A DNA stretch of 64,000 bases, from assembly GCA_001179505.1 (NCBI GenBank), contig CDMY01000329.1, forward strand, positions 1-64,000, read 5' to 3'. Below are positions 63,655-64,000 of the stretch, piece by piece; within the stretch, counting starts at the first letter, position 1; each line of letters begins with the position of its first letter. This stretch comes from Vitrella brassicaformis CCMP3155 (lineage: Eukaryota > Protista > Chromerida). The notes beneath the pieces are model-generated. The model saw nothing but the letters and a program-made list of their open reading frames with translations. It was not told the origin of the DNA and searched no databases. Position numbers and translations under genes: made by a program.

Positions 63655-64000
63655 TGTGATGCGACGTGATGCGACGAAAGGATTTGTGTGTGTGTGTGTG
63701 TGCCCGTGACGTATTTTCTCGTCAATTGTCCACGATTTATGTAGGCAGGTGAGGTGGTTCTGTGGCAATCGGTCACTCACTCACTCGGCAAGCTGTGCGT
63801 GCAGACATGACGTGGTGTGTGTGTGTGGGGTGCAGTACAGTGCATGCGATCCATGCAGGCTGCACGCAACGAAGTGAAGTGGTATGCTATGCTGCTATGC
63901 TTTGGTTCGTTCGGTGCGTGTGTGTACGTGTGTGTATGCGCGATGCGGTCGGTATGCCGACGTGCAGGTGGCGGTGGAGACCCTCATACCACGAATGCAT

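Noticed and set aside
7391-63780. Numerous 100-270 aa antisense or overlapping ORFs rich in C/V/H/T
   Set aside because: They are explained by high GC and translation of CA/GT microsatellites or the antisense strand of real exons.
1-64000. CRISPR array or prokaryotic defence operon
   Set aside because: No regularly spaced repeat-spacer array. All genes have spliceosomal GT-AG introns, so the DNA is eukaryotic.

Overview
Intron-rich, GC-rich eukaryotic nuclear DNA. Introns are full of (CA)n, (CAGA)n, (GATG)n and (GCCT)n microsatellites, and two genes look plastid-targeted; together this suggests a chromerid alveolate such as Vitrella (inference, not verified). I can support about 16 spliced protein-coding genes, 12 of them in six tight head-to-head pairs. 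Clearly recognisable genes are ClpS, CDK11/PITSLRE, a RING-B-box-coiled-coil protein, a GRAB golgin, an FKBP-TPR immunophilin, a divergent sigma-70, ATAD3 and a kynurenine-3-monooxygenase-like flavoprotein. The main candidate novelty is a ~17 kb minus-strand locus (25139 to 7958). Manual splicing joins into one reading frame a Cid1/TUT-type terminal nucleotidyltransferase, a Sen1/Upf1-type SF1B helicase, a RelE/ParE-like segment, a TRANK1-type UvrD helicase and TPR repeats; one frame break near 22.88 kb is unresolved. A second candidate is a ~9 kb two-transmembrane protein with ENaC/P2X/ERGIC-like termini and a very large Cys-rich ectodomain. An AGCTCGC motif occurs at all six divergent promoters. 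There are three 300-N gaps, one flanked by a probably artefactual 975-bp duplication. Exon structures were read by eye and are approximate.
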